From Gemmatimonadales bacterium (GTDB lineage: Bacteria > Gemmatimonadota > Gemmatimonadetes > Gemmatimonadales > JACORV01), in contig DASPTN010000111.1 of the NCBI GenBank assembly GCA_035623395.1, positions 1 through 63,233 of the forward strand: a stretch of DNA of 63,233 nucleotides. The letters are read 5' to 3'. Positions 37,006-46,737 of the stretch are shown piece by piece. The translations under genes and the position numbers were made by a program. Below the pieces are notes generated by a model. The model saw nothing but the letters and a program-made list of their open reading frames with translations, was not told the origin of the DNA and ran no database searches. Position 1 is the first letter of the stretch. Each line of letters starts with the position of its first letter.

Positions 37006-38673
37006 ATGGACTCGGCGTTTTCCGCTGAGACGAGGCGGGCGGATCTCGACGCCATGGCCGCGGCGCCGCTCGACCTGCTGGTGGTCGGCGGGGGCATCAC
37101 CGGCGCGGGTATCGCGCGCGATGCGGCGCTCCGCGGGATCCGCACCGGCCTGGTCGAGGCTGCCGACTTCGGAAGCGGAACGTCCGGCCGCTCCACCCGC
37201 CTGGTTCACGGCGGCCTCCGCTATCTGGAGCACGGCTGGCTGCGGCTGGTGTTCGAGGCGAGCCGCGAGCGCCGGATCCTGATGCACATCGCGCCGCATC
37301 TCGTGCGGCCGGTGCCGTTCCTCTTCCCGGTCCACAAGGGCGGCCGGGTGAGCCGGGGCCGGCTGGCCGCGGGGCTGTGGCTGTACGACCTGCTGTCCGC
37401 CTTCCGCAACGTGCGCATGCACCGGACGCTGTCGCGGCGCGCCGTGCGCAAGGCCGAGCCGCAGCTGCGCAGCAAGGACCTGCTGGGGGGCGCCGTCTAC
37501 TACGACGCCTGCTGCGACGATGCGCGTCTGGTGCTCGCGAACGCGCGCGCGGCGCGCCGCGGCGGCGCGCTGGTGGCCAGCTACGCGCCGGTGCGCTCGT
37601 TCGAGAAGGCCGCCGGCCAGCTTCGCGGGGCCGTGGTGGAGGACGTCCTCGACGCGCGGCGTCTCGCCGTCCGCGCCCACGTCACCGTCAACGCCACCGG
37701 CCCGTGGACCGATGTGATCAGACGGATGGACGAGCCGGGCGCCGAGCCGGTCCTCAGGCCGACGAAGGGGGTCCATCTCGCGGTGCCGCACGCTCGGCTG
37801 GGCAACACGGGCGCACTCACGATGACGTCGCCGCTCGACGGTCGGGTCATGTTCGTCCTGCCATGGGGCGACGTGACCGTCGTCGGCACCACGGACACGG
37901 ACTACGAGGGCGACCCGGGCGACGTCGCCCCGACCGCAGACGACATCACCTACCTGCTGCGCTCGGCGAACGCGCTGTTTCCCGACGCGCGCCTCGCGCC
38001 CGCGGACGTGCTCGCCGCCTGGGCCGGCCTCCGGCCGCTACTCAAGGACGGGGGGGCTGCGGCAACGGCCGCGGTTCCGCGCGAGCACCGCATCTTCGAG
38101 AGCCCGTCCGGGCTGGTGACCATCAGCGGCGGCAAGCTGACCACGTATCGCTCGATGGCGGCGGAGGTGGTGGACCTCGTCGGGACGAAGCTCCACCGCC
38201 TCGACGGCCGCGACAGCGCGCCGCGCGCGCCGACCGCCGAGGAACCCCTGCCCGGCGGCGAGGTCGCCGACCTCGAGCTGCTGGTGCGCGAGCTGGTGAA
38301 GGAGCGTCTGTCCGAGGACGCCGCGCGTCATCTGGTCGACACCTACGGCACCGAAGCGATGGCGGTCGCCAATCTCGCCTTCCGCGACACGCCGCTGGCC
38401 GAGCCGCTGGCCTCGGGGGTTCCGGTTCTCCGCGCCGAGGTGGTCCACCAGGCGCGCCGGGAGATGGCGCTGTCGGTCGCCGACGTGATGATCCGCCGCA
38501 CGCACCTGTTTCGACGGCATCCCGGACAGGGCGCCGAGCTGACGCCGGTCGTGGCCGGCCTGCTCGGGAGGGAGCTCGGCTGGGACGCGGCCCGCGAAGC
38601 GGCGTCGCTGGCCGGTTATCTCGCCGAGGTGCAGCAGATGCGGCAGGCGATCACGCCGCCGCCGGCCGCCTGA
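37006..38673 (+). CDS. glpD: FAD-dependent glycerol-3-phosphate dehydrogenase
   Basis: ATG at 37006 gives MDSAFSAETRRADLDAMAAAPLDLLVVGGGITGAGIARDAALRGIRTGLVEAADFGSGTSGRSTRLVHGGLRYLE..., which is the canonical GlpD N-terminus. Also GGKLTTYR. Confidence 0.88.
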   Translation: MDSAFSAETRRADLDAMAAAPLDLLVVGGGITGAGIARDAALRGIRTGLVEAADFGSGTSGRSTRLVHGGLRYLEHGWLRLVFEASRERRILMHIAPHLVRPVPFLFPVHKGGRVSRGRLAAGLWLYDLLSAFRNVRMHRTLSRRAVRKAEPQLRSKDLLGGAVYYDACCDDARLVLANARAARRGGALVASYAPVRSFEKAAGQLRGAVVEDVLDARRLAVRAHVTVNATGPWTDVIRRMDEPGAEPVLRPTKGVHLAVPHARLGNTGALTMTSPLDGRVMFVLPWGDVTVVGTTDTDYEGDPGDVAPTADDITYLLRSANALFPDARLAPADVLAAWAGLRPLLKDGGAAATAAVPREHRIFESPSGLVTISGGKLTTYRSMAAEVVDLVGTKLHRLDGRDSAPRAPTAEEPLPGGEVADLELLVRELVKERLSEDAARHLVDTYGTEAMAVANLAFRDTPLAEPLASGVPVLRAEVVHQARREMALSVADVMIRRTHLFRRHPGQGAELTPVVAGLLGRELGWDAAREAASLAGYLAEVQQMRQAITPPPAA

Positions 38674-40156
38674 CGCGAGCCATGTCGCGGGCCACGGTCG
38701 GCACGGCCAGAAGCAGCAGGGCGCCGCCCAGGAGACCCACCGCGGGCAGCGTCATCAGCGCGATCCTCAGGCCATAGCGGTCCGACAGCACGCCCACCAC
38801 CGGCAACGCGATGGCGTCGCCGGCGATGTGGATGAAGAAGACGTACGCCCCCATGACGGTGGCCGCGATGCGCCGGGGCACCACGTCGAACAGCACGGCC
38901 GCGGCCGGACCGTTGTACCAGGTGAAGAAGAACACCACGATGAAGAACAGTCCGGCGAACAGCCGGACGTCGTTGACCAGCAGCAGCACCACGCACAGCG
39001 GCGCCCCGGCCAGGAAGCCCACCGCGCTGGCGATGACGCGCCCGGCCGGCGTGAACTCCATGAGGCGGTCGCCCGAGCGGCCACCGATCCACGAGCCGAG
39101 CACACCCGCCACCAGGCCCACCAGGCCGATCTGGCGGCCGGCCTGCAGCAGCGACATGTCCAGCACCCGCTGGAGGTAGCTCGCCGACCACGCCACCAGC
39201 GAGTTCATGGCTGCCGTGGTCAGCGCGCCCCCGATGAACATCCAGATCAGGGTCGGCGTGCGGAGCACCACGGCCGCCGCGTCCAGCATCTCGTCGACCG
39301 CGTCGGCGGGAACGCCCGCGAGCAACCGGTGGCGCCAGCGCATCGCCACGCGCACCCACTTGACCACCGTCCACACCAGCCCCACGCCGACGATCGCGCC
39401 GAACACCGCCGTGTCCGCCGCGGCCGGTACGCGGAACAGCACCAGCGCTCCGACGACCGCCGCGCCGATCGGGATCGACATGAGCAGCGGCAGGCCCGCC
39501 CGCAGGACCAGTCGCGGCGTGAGGGCGATGCGTCGCACCGGTCGCGGCTGCGGCGCGGCCCGCGGTTTGGGTCGCGGATCGCGCAGCCGAGAAAGGAGCA
39601 GCGCGAACAGGATGCCCGGCAGACCGACGACGATCAGCGCCGTGCGCCAGCCGAAGGCGGTCGCCAGGTGGCCGCCCAGCCATACCGCGAGCACGCCTCC
39701 GACGGCGAGCCCCGCCCAGAAGATGCCCATCGCCTGGGCGCGGCCGCGGTCCGGGAAGTAGTCGGCGAGCATCGCCTGCGCCGACGGCAGGTACGAGGAC
39801 TCGGCGACGCCCACGACGCCGCGCGTCGTCAGAAGATGCCAGTAGCTGGCCGCCGCCCCGCCCAGCGCGGTGAACCCGCTCCACAGGGCGACGCCGCCCG
39901 CGATGACGTTGCGCCGTGACCGGAGGTCGGACAGCACGCCCGCGCCCAGGGCGCCGAGCGCGAAGGCGATGGCGTACGACGACCCCAGCCAGCCCAGCTG
40001 CGTGTCGGAGATGTCCAACTCGTCCTTGATCGGCTCGAACAGGGCGAGAATGATGTTGCGGTCGAGGTAGTTCAGCAGGTTGCCGATGGCCAGCAGCGTC
40101 AACGCATACCACAGATACCGGCCGCTCAGGGCCGGGCGGCCGGACGCGTCGCTCAC
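38651..40156 (-). CDS. MFS transporter
   Basis: 501 aa with about 12 TM helices. LNYLDRNI, SDLRSRRNV and GVAESSYLPSA are MFS motifs. Its 3' end overlaps glpD convergently by 23 nt. Confidence 0.85.
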   Translation of the reverse strand: MSDASGRPALSGRYLWYALTLLAIGNLLNYLDRNIILALFEPIKDELDISDTQLGWLGSSYAIAFALGALGAGVLSDLRSRRNVIAGGVALWSGFTALGGAAASYWHLLTTRGVVGVAESSYLPSAQAMLADYFPDRGRAQAMGIFWAGLAVGGVLAVWLGGHLATAFGWRTALIVVGLPGILFALLLSRLRDPRPKPRAAPQPRPVRRIALTPRLVLRAGLPLLMSIPIGAAVVGALVLFRVPAAADTAVFGAIVGVGLVWTVVKWVRVAMRWRHRLLAGVPADAVDEMLDAAAVVLRTPTLIWMFIGGALTTAAMNSLVAWSASYLQRVLDMSLLQAGRQIGLVGLVAGVLGSWIGGRSGDRLMEFTPAGRVIASAVGFLAGAPLCVVLLLVNDVRLFAGLFFIVVFFFTWYNGPAAAVLFDVVPRRIAATVMGAYVFFIHIAGDAIALPVVGVLSDRYGLRIALMTLPAVGLLGGALLLLAVPTVARDMARVRRPAAA

Positions 40157-40186
40157 CGTGCCATGCCTGCGCGAGGGCGCACTCGG

Positions 40187-40966
40187 CTAGAAGAGCCCTT
40201 CTACGGACCGGCCGCCCATCGGCTCCGACCGCTGGGCCAGCAGCTTCTCGCGCGCCCGCACCACCACATCCACCGCCGCGGCGGGGTCGTCGGTGAGGTG
40301 GAAGATGTCGAGATCGCCGAGGTCGATCTTGCCCTGCGCCGCCGCGGTCGCCCGCAGCCAGTCGACCAGTCCGCGCCAGTACTCGGTTCCGAACAGCACG
40401 ACGGGGAAGTGCTTGATCTTGCCGGTCTGGATGAGGGTCAAGGCCTCGAACAGCTCGTCGAGCGTGCCGTACCCGCCCGGGAAGACCACGAAGCCGATCG
40501 AGTACTTCACGAACATCATTTTCCGGACGAAGAAGTACCGGAAGTGCATCGCCCTGTCGACGTAGGGATTCGTCCCCTGCTCGAACGGCAGCTCGATGTT
40601 GAGTCCGATCGACGGCCCGCCGCCTTCCTGCGCGCCGCGGTTCGCGGCCTCCATGATGCCGGGACCGCCACCGGTGATGATGGAGAAGCCCGCGCCCGCG
40701 AACCGCCGGGCCGTCTCGGTCGCCGCGCGGTAGTGCGCGTCGTCGGGCCTGGTGCGCGCCGACCCGAAGAACGTGACCCCGGAGTGCACGCCCGCCAGCG
40801 TGTCGAAGCCCTCGACGAACTCGCCCATGATGCGGAGCACGCGCCACGGATCCGACGAGACGAACTCGCGCCGCCGCTCGGTCGGGTGCGGAACGCTGAA
40901 GAGACGCTCGTCCTCGGTCGGCCCGAGGCGCCTCGGTCCGCTGTGACGATCGCCTGGTGCTGACAT
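40187..40966 (-). CDS. LOG-family protein (TIGR00730-type; cytokinin riboside 5'-monophosphate phosphoribohydrolase-like)
   Basis: ATG at 40966. Motifs: VTFFGSAR, IITGGGPGIMEAANRGA, VVFPGGYGTLDELFEALTLIQTGK (the PGGxGTxxE motif). Confidence 0.88.
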   Translation of the reverse strand: MSAPGDRHSGPRRLGPTEDERLFSVPHPTERRREFVSSDPWRVLRIMGEFVEGFDTLAGVHSGVTFFGSARTRPDDAHYRAATETARRFAGAGFSIITGGGPGIMEAANRGAQEGGGPSIGLNIELPFEQGTNPYVDRAMHFRYFFVRKMMFVKYSIGFVVFPGGYGTLDELFEALTLIQTGKIKHFPVVLFGTEYWRGLVDWLRATAAAQGKIDLGDLDIFHLTDDPAAAVDVVVRAREKLLAQRSEPMGGRSVEGLF

Positions 40967-40977
40967 CGGGAACCCTC

Positions 40978-41005
40978 TTGCCACGGATGAGCGTGCGAAT
41001 ATACA
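40978..41005 (+). promoter_or_regulatory. Candidate sigma70-type promoter TTGCCA-16 nt-TATACA for the small-ORF/queG operon
   Basis: The hexamers are read from the sequence. They lie in a locally AT-richer divergent intergenic region. Confidence 0.3.
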
Positions 41006-41035
41006 GATTCCACCCGGGTGGCACAAAGGAAAAAC

Positions 41036-41293
41036 GTGCAGTCGTGGCGCACGCTGTCGCTGTCCCTCGTCGGGAGAGCGGTCGTCAGTCCGCGCGTGGC
41101 GCGGGACCTCGCGGGCCTCGCGTGGTCCATGCGTCGCCGCGGCTGGTACCGGAAACCGCCGTTTCTCCCGCTCCCGCCGCCGGAATACGTCCGGTGGCGG
41201 ATGCTCACCGCGTACGGCGACGAGAAGGCGGTGCCGCCGGTCGACGACGTGCTCCGCGTGGCGCGGTGGCGACGGGAGCTGCTCAAGCCGTGA
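41036..41293 (+). CDS. Small hypothetical protein (85 aa), Trp/Arg/Pro-rich, coupled to queG
   Basis: GTG at 41036 is preceded by AAGGA with a 5-nt spacer. The peptide is VQSWRTLSLSLVGRAVVSPRVARDLAGLAWSMRRRGWYRKPPFLPLPPPEYVRWRMLTAYGDEKAVPPVDDVLRVARWRRELLKP. Its stop overlaps the queG GTG (GTGA). Confidence 0.5.
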   Translation: MQSWRTLSLSLVGRAVVSPRVARDLAGLAWSMRRRGWYRKPPFLPLPPPEYVRWRMLTAYGDEKAVPPVDDVLRVARWRRELLKP

Positions 41294-42255
41294 CGCCGAC
41301 GGCCCTCGCCGCCGCCACCAAGGCGCGCGCTGGCGAGCTGGGCTTCGGCGCCTGCGGCGTCACCGACCTGAGCCCGTCGGAGGCCGGCGCCGCGCTCGAT
41401 CGCTGGCTGGCGCTCGGCTATCACGGTCAGATGCAGTACATGGAGAAACAGGCGCCGCGGCGCCGGCAACCGGCGCGGGCGTGGGCCGGCGCGCGCTCCG
41501 CCGTCGTCGTGCTCCACAACTACTGGCAGGCCGACGCCGAGCCCGCCACGGGACGCGGCCGCATCGCGCGCTACGCGCTGGGCGACGACTATCACGCCGT
41601 GATGCGGGCCAAGCTCGAGCAGCTCGGCGCGGGCCTGGTGGCCGCCGCCGGGGCCGGCCGGTTCAAGGCGTACGCGGATGCGGGCCCGCTCCCCGAGCGC
41701 GAGCTCGCGCGCCGTGCCGGCCTCGGGTGGATAGGCAAGAACACGATGCTGATCCGCCCCCGGCTCGGCTCCTTCACGTTCATCGGGGTCGTGCTGACGG
41801 ACCTGCTGCTGGCCACGGATCAGCCGTTCGAGGCCGACCGCTGCGGGACCTGCCGGCGCTGCCTGGACGCCTGTCCGACGCGCGCGTTCCCAGAGCCCCG
41901 TGTGCTCGACGCCACCCGCTGCATCTCCTACCTCACCATCGAAGCTCTCGGACCCGTGCCCGAATCCCTGAAACCGGCGGTCGGGGACTGGCTCTTTGGC
42001 TGCGACGTCTGTCAGGACGTGTGCCCTTGGAATGTCAGCTTCGTCGAGGAAACGCGTGAGCCTCGCTACCGGGCCCGCCCCGCCGTCGACTGGCCGATGC
42101 TGAGGGACATCGTCACCATGGGCGAGGGGCAATTCGAAGAGGCCTTCGGGGCAACGGCGTTGGAGCGTGCCGGGCGAGCCGGACTGGCCCGCAACGCCAC
42201 GGTGGTGATCGAGAATGGTCGGCCGAGCGGGGAGTGCGCGTGGCCGGCAGCGTGA
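41290..42255 (+). CDS. queG: Epoxyqueuosine reductase
   Basis: LGFGACGVTDL, YALGDDYH, AGLGWIGKNTMLI, GSFTFIG, CGTCRRCLDACPT and CISYLTIE...GCDVCQDVCPWN are the 4Fe-4S and QueG signatures. The start is GTG at 41290. Confidence 0.88.
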   Translation: MTPTALAAATKARAGELGFGACGVTDLSPSEAGAALDRWLALGYHGQMQYMEKQAPRRRQPARAWAGARSAVVVLHNYWQADAEPATGRGRIARYALGDDYHAVMRAKLEQLGAGLVAAAGAGRFKAYADAGPLPERELARRAGLGWIGKNTMLIRPRLGSFTFIGVVLTDLLLATDQPFEADRCGTCRRCLDACPTRAFPEPRVLDATRCISYLTIEALGPVPESLKPAVGDWLFGCDVCQDVCPWNVSFVEETREPRYRARPAVDWPMLRDIVTMGEGQFEEAFGATALERAGRAGLARNATVVIENGRPSGECAWPAA

Positions 42256-42530
42256 AGGGCCTCGCCGCCTCGGAACGGGCAGCCGCCATCAAGCAGAGTC
42301 TCGCGGCTGGCCTGGCGAAGGTGGATCCCTACCATCGGCTCCAGGGCCGGCCGGTGCGCTATCAGGTCACCGCCGGTCAGACGCTGGAGATCACGTTTCG
42401 CGACGTGCCGAGCATCGGGGAAGCGGAAGTGAACGGGGTCAAGCGGCTGCTCGGCGGAAAGTCGTTCTGCGCCGTGAGCCCGCAGTCCCGCGAGCGGATC
42501 ATCGTCAGGTTCGTCGTGCCGCTGGAGTGA
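42252..42530 (+). CDS. Small hypothetical protein (92 aa), coupled to queG
   Basis: GTG at 42252 overlaps the queG stop (GTGA). The peptide ...VKGLAASERAAAIKQSLAAGLAKVDPYHRLQGRPVRYQVTAGQTLEITFRDVPSIGEAEVNGVKRLLGGKSFCAVSPQSRERIIVRFVVPLE has balanced composition. Confidence 0.45.
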   Translation: MKGLAASERAAAIKQSLAAGLAKVDPYHRLQGRPVRYQVTAGQTLEITFRDVPSIGEAEVNGVKRLLGGKSFCAVSPQSRERIIVRFVVPLE

Positions 42531-42531
42531 T

Positions 42532-43701
42532 CTACGCGGCGGCCCTCCAGCGCCGGCCGGCGAGGAGAGCGAGAAGCAGCGCCAGCACAGCCCACCCTGC
42601 CCCGGTCACGGCGGCCGTCGCGTCGACGTGCGGCCCGCCCGCAGGCGGCACCTCATACCAGTGACGGAGCGCATCCCGGACGAGCGTCGCCGCAGGGGTC
42701 TGGTACGCGTTGGCCAGCGCCGCGTCCGGCTTCAACGGCGACCGCCAGAGGGCCGCGAATTGCTGCGGTGTGCTTGAGGCGAGCAGGAAGGCGAGCACCC
42801 TCTCGGGCGGGATGGTCATGAAGGCGCTGTACGGCAGCTGCCCCCAGGTGTCGAGGCCGGTTGCCCGCAGACACGCTTGTGCGGCCCCGCGGACGCAGCC
42901 GACCGCGAGCCATCGCGCCGCCCACCAAGGCAGATCGTCCGGGCCGATCGTGGGCTGGAGCTGACGTCGTCTCACAACCCGGCGCGCGTCCACCAGCTGG
43001 GACGTGAGCGGATACCACCGATACCAGAACGTCGCGTCACCGACGGACCAGCGTCCGACCATTGCCCCCGGCGACCCGAAGCGCGCATACAGGGCGCACG
43101 CCCCTAGCCAGCGGGTGACCGGGCGCCCCGACGCGTCGTGGGCCACGTAGCTGGCCGCCCGCATCCAGTCGGGCTTGTTGAACAGGTCCACCAGCACGAT
43201 GCACGCGTTGCTCGTCTCCGCCTGGTCGACGAGCTCGCGCACCGTCCAGGAGGCGATTCTCTTGCCGCCTGCTCGGGTCGGGTTCGCGAACAGCGCGACG
43301 ACGAGCGGCATGCCGCGCGTTCCGGGAGACGGGTAGAGCGCGAGCTCTCGGCTCGCGGCGTCCAGCCAGAACCGAGCCGAGTCCGCCGACAGGGGCGCCT
43401 CGTACACGACCGTGACGGCGCCGTCGCTGGACCGCAACGCCCGCGCGCCGTGCGCGGCAGCCAGGACCGAGTCTGAAAGGCCGGCCTGTTCGACGGCCGT
43501 CTCCTGGACGCGCACCGCCTCCTGCACGTCCCTGCGGTATGGCGACGGGGACGCGCCCCCGTAGACCTCAGCGCCTGCCACGTAGACCAGCCCGAACCAC
43601 ACGCGGTCGGCACTCGGGACTCGCGGCGGCAACAGGGTCACCAACGCGACGAGGGCCACGAGCACCGGCAACGACAGCCACCACCTCCGGATCAGCGCCA
43701 T
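42532..43701 (-). CDS. Hypothetical membrane-anchored protein (389 aa; N-terminal TM/signal anchor and C-terminal TM with basic tail)
   Basis: ATG at 43701 gives MALIRRWWLSLPVLVALVALVTLL. The C-terminus is ...GAGWAVLALLLALLAGRRWRAAA. Trp-rich. The start overlaps the upstream gene by 10 nt. I recognise no family. Confidence 0.6.
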   Translation of the reverse strand: MALIRRWWLSLPVLVALVALVTLLPPRVPSADRVWFGLVYVAGAEVYGGASPSPYRRDVQEAVRVQETAVEQAGLSDSVLAAAHGARALRSSDGAVTVVYEAPLSADSARFWLDAASRELALYPSPGTRGMPLVVALFANPTRAGGKRIASWTVRELVDQAETSNACIVLVDLFNKPDWMRAASYVAHDASGRPVTRWLGACALYARFGSPGAMVGRWSVGDATFWYRWYPLTSQLVDARRVVRRRQLQPTIGPDDLPWWAARWLAVGCVRGAAQACLRATGLDTWGQLPYSAFMTIPPERVLAFLLASSTPQQFAALWRSPLKPDAALANAYQTPAATLVRDALRHWYEVPPAGGPHVDATAAVTGAGWAVLALLLALLAGRRWRAAA

Positions 43702-44786
43702 CGTCCGCTCCGCGCCGCAGCCAGAACGAGCAGGCCGGCGAAGACCGCCACCGGCCACGCGTCGCGCAGGTTGGCGGTGACCTCGGGCATCCCTCCTTCC
43801 GTCAGGACCCATGCCCGCCAACCCTGCACGAGTGAGTCCTCCGCAACGCCGGTCGCCCGAACGAGACGGTCCCCGACGCTGCCCGCTCGGTCCTGCAGGG
43901 CCTGCGGCAACGCGCCAGGACGGCTGCGCGTCAGAACGAAGCGCACGAAGCTCGCGCGCGGACTCGGGCCCGCCGGAATCGGCGGCAGGTAGCCGAGCGA
44001 AGTGAGACGCAGGCATGCATCCCGCGCCTCAGCCGCGCACTGCTGCGCGAGCTCCGCCGACTGGTGGGTCGGGAACCAGCGCCCGCTCACCAGCGCCTGA
44101 AGCTCCCGGGGGCGGTAGCGCACCTTGTAGGGCTCGGTGTCCGCATCGAGACCGAGCCAGAGCCTGCACGCGTCGACCTTGCCCTCGAGGCAGCCCGCGC
44201 CGACGCGGGTGTCTCCGCGCATCAGCTCGCGAACCGTGGCCGGGCCGTCCCGCTTCGGAGTCCACCCCAAGCCCAAGTCCGGTGGCAACCAACCCCGCCA
44301 TGTCGAGTCCAACGTCTCGCGGTAGTCCCACGCGACGGCCGCTGCGACGCTCCATCCGTCCGCCAGCGTATCAGGTCGCGGCTCCACGCCAACCGGGATG
44401 CGAGCCCGGTTCCTCAGACGTTCCGTGCGCACCGTCGAATCCACGCCGGTCGCCGCCAGCGCCACGACTACGCGAACCGCGAGGAACCGCGCGGGAAGCG
44501 CGTCCCGCAGATACTCCGCCGCGCCCGCCGTGATCCGGAACCCGGTCTCGGTGCCGACTGCGTCCGGCAAGAGCACGGTGAGCGGACCCGCATCGAACCG
44601 GCGGGCGCGGCGCTCCCAGGCCGTCCTGGCGTTGGCGACCGAGTCCCTCACCGCGATGCCGCGCCACAACGACTGCGCCTGCGCCAGCAGCGCGTGTGAT
44701 CGACGGGCCGCACCTCGCCCCGTCTGTGCTCGCGCCCCGCCGGCGCATGCCACGAGCGCGAGGCCAACCGCGAAGGTCCTAGACAT
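43692..44786 (-). CDS. Hypothetical exported/membrane-anchored protein (364 aa; signal peptide and C-terminal TM with basic tail)
   Basis: MSRTFAVGLALVACAGGARAQ is a signal peptide. The C-terminus is ...AWPVAVFAGLLVLAAARSGRWR. The C-terminal half appears homologous to the downstream gene's C-terminal half. Confidence 0.6.
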   Translation of the reverse strand: MSRTFAVGLALVACAGGARAQTGRGAARRSHALLAQAQSLWRGIAVRDSVANARTAWERRARRFDAGPLTVLLPDAVGTETGFRITAGAAEYLRDALPARFLAVRVVVALAATGVDSTVRTERLRNRARIPVGVEPRPDTLADGWSVAAAVAWDYRETLDSTWRGWLPPDLGLGWTPKRDGPATVRELMRGDTRVGAGCLEGKVDACRLWLGLDADTEPYKVRYRPRELQALVSGRWFPTHQSAELAQQCAAEARDACLRLTSLGYLPPIPAGPSPRASFVRFVLTRSRPGALPQALQDRAGSVGDRLVRATGVAEDSLVQGWRAWVLTEGGMPEVTANLRDAWPVAVFAGLLVLAAARSGRWR

Positions 44787-45438
44787 CGAACAGCGCCCAC
44801 CTCCCGATCAGGATGCTCAACGGTCCGGGCCAGTTGGTGAGCCACATGAACACGGTCGGTGTGACGGTGGCGCCCACCCCGAACCCCCAGAGCACGGCGT
44901 CGGCGAGCAGGAGACCGCCGATGCCGCCGAGTACCGCCAGGGCCGCACGACGGGTGCTGATGGCGATAGTGAAGAAGATCGCGTAGCAGACGAACGCCGC
45001 GAGCAGGAACCGCGCCGTCAGCGCCAGCGGATACGCGTGGACGCCGCTGGGCAGCCTCACGGAAACGGTTGCCACCAGCGCGCCGATGCCGATGGCCGTC
45101 ACCGGGACCAGCAGCAGCGTCGTTCCCGCGGCGAAGCGCAACCACACGTAGCGAGCCCTCGTCACCGGGAGCGAGAGCGCATATACGTGCTTGCCCGCGT
45201 GATCCGGCGCCCACGACCCGATCCCCAGCAGCACGCCCGCCAGCATCGCGACGTACGGAACGAGCTGTCCGATCTGTTGCGCCGCGTACAGCCACTGGGC
45301 CACCTGCCCGGGCGGTGCGCCCTCGAGGCCGCCGCCGTAGGTGACGGTGAGCAGCGGCAGCGCGAAGGCCAGCACGCCCAGCAGCACCACCGGCAGCCGC
45401 AACGCGCACCACTGCACGTAGAGAATCTGTCTGTACAC
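44779..45438 (-). CDS. Polytopic membrane protein (219 aa, about 6 TM), probable permease partner of the ABC ATPase
   Basis: Hydrophobic throughout. It sits 16 nt downstream of the ABC ATPase gene and overlaps the next gene by 8 nt. Confidence 0.65.
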   Translation of the reverse strand: MYRQILYVQWCALRLPVVLLGVLAFALPLLTVTYGGGLEGAPPGQVAQWLYAAQQIGQLVPYVAMLAGVLLGIGSWAPDHAGKHVYALSLPVTRARYVWLRFAAGTTLLLVPVTAIGIGALVATVSVRLPSGVHAYPLALTARFLLAAFVCYAIFFTIAISTRRAALAVLGGIGGLLLADAVLWGFGVGATVTPTVFMWLTNWPGPLSILIGRWALFDV

Positions 45439-45454
45439 GCTCCACCCCCCCGTC

Positions 45455-46348
45455 TCAGGCCGCCGGAACTCGGGAAACCCTCAGCAGCTCCACGAATCCC
45501 TCCTCGAGGTCGAGGTCGACCACCTCCCTCAGCTCCGCGTTGGCCGTGCTGAGCCACTCCGCCATCCGCGGTTCCCATCCGCGCACGACCCACGTCTGCT
45601 CCCCGTCCGACGGCTCTCGGCTCAAGACCACGAACGGCGCGCCGGTCACCACGGCGGGCGCGCGCACCACCCGCAGTCGCTTGATTCCGTTCTTGAATTC
45701 GGCCATCGGCAGCTCGGCCACCAGGTTCCCTTCGTCGAGGATGCCGATCCAATCGCAGATCCGTTCCAGCTCGTGGACGAGGTGGCTCGAGATGAAGACC
45801 GTCGTCGTCCCCTGCGAGCAGAAATCCACCAGCGCCGCCAGGACGTCGCGCCGCACGACCGGGTCCAGGCCGTCCGTGGGCTCGTCGAGGATCAGGAGAC
45901 GGGGCCGTTGCGCGAGCGCGAGGAGGACGTGGAGCTTGCCCACCTCGCCCTTGGAGAGGTGTGAGATACGGTGGTCGGCACGCAGCCCGAAGCGGCGTTG
46001 CAGGTCTGCGGCGTAGGCCGCGTCGAAGCTGCGGTAGAACGCCGCGTGCAGTCGCGTCGCCTCCGACACCGTGAGGTACGGATAGAGATGCGGCCGTTCC
46101 GGCACGTAGCCGGTCTCGCCCAGGATCTCCGGCATGTCGCGTGGCACCGAGCGGCCGAGCATGCTGATCGTCCCGCGGCGCGGCCGTAGCATCCCGAGCA
46201 GCAGCCGGATCGTCGTCGTCTTCCCCGAACCGTTGGGGCCGAGAAAGCCGTACATCGATCCCTCGCGCACGGTGAGGCCCAGGCCGGCGATCTCGAAGTG
46301 CTTGCCGGCCCGGTACGCCAGATCGTGCGTCTCGATCGCGTTGTTCAT
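45455..46348 (-). CDS. ABC transporter ATP-binding protein (ABC-2/YtrB-like)
   Basis: GFLGPNGSGKTTT (Walker A), LSKGEVGKL (signature), LLILDEPTDGLD (Walker B), and SSH (H-loop). Confidence 0.9.
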   Translation of the reverse strand: MNNAIETHDLAYRAGKHFEIAGLGLTVREGSMYGFLGPNGSGKTTTIRLLLGMLRPRRGTISMLGRSVPRDMPEILGETGYVPERPHLYPYLTVSEATRLHAAFYRSFDAAYAADLQRRFGLRADHRISHLSKGEVGKLHVLLALAQRPRLLILDEPTDGLDPVVRRDVLAALVDFCSQGTTTVFISSHLVHELERICDWIGILDEGNLVAELPMAEFKNGIKRLRVVRAPAVVTGAPFVVLSREPSDGEQTWVVRGWEPRMAEWLSTANAELREVVDLDLEEGFVELLRVSRVPAA

Positions 46349-46737
46349 GTGGACCGTGCCTTCATTTCGACCTTCAGCGCCTGGTCGAGATCCTCGCGCG
46401 TGACGCCGAGAGCGGCCGCTTCCTTGAGCAGCCGTCGCACGAGCCTGCGTGCCTCCCGCTGCCGCTCCGCCTCCCGCTTCGGCGGCGCCAGCTCACGGAC
46501 GAACGTGCCTGCGCCCTGCCGACTCTCGACCACGGCAGCCTCCTCCAGCTCGCGATAGGCCTGCACGACGGTGGCGGGGTTCACCCGCAGCTGCGACGCC
46601 AGCTGCCGGACCGAGGGGAGCGCCGCGCCCGGCGCGAGGTCCCCGGTCGCGATCGCGATGCGGATGCGATCGGCGATCTGCGCGTAGAGCGGAACGGGAC
46701 TGCGAGGATCGATGTGCCGGAACACGGCCCCTGCCAT
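46345..46737 (-). CDS. GntR-family (YtrA-subfamily-like, short) transcriptional regulator
   Basis: PLYAQIADRIRIAIATGDLAPGAALPSVRQLASQLRVNPATVVQAYRELEEAAVVESRQGAGTFV. 130 aa. Its stop overlaps the ABC start (ATGA). Confidence 0.88.
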   Translation of the reverse strand: MAGAVFRHIDPRSPVPLYAQIADRIRIAIATGDLAPGAALPSVRQLASQLRVNPATVVQAYRELEEAAVVESRQGAGTFVRELAPPKREAERQREARRLVRRLLKEAAALGVTREDLDQALKVEMKARST

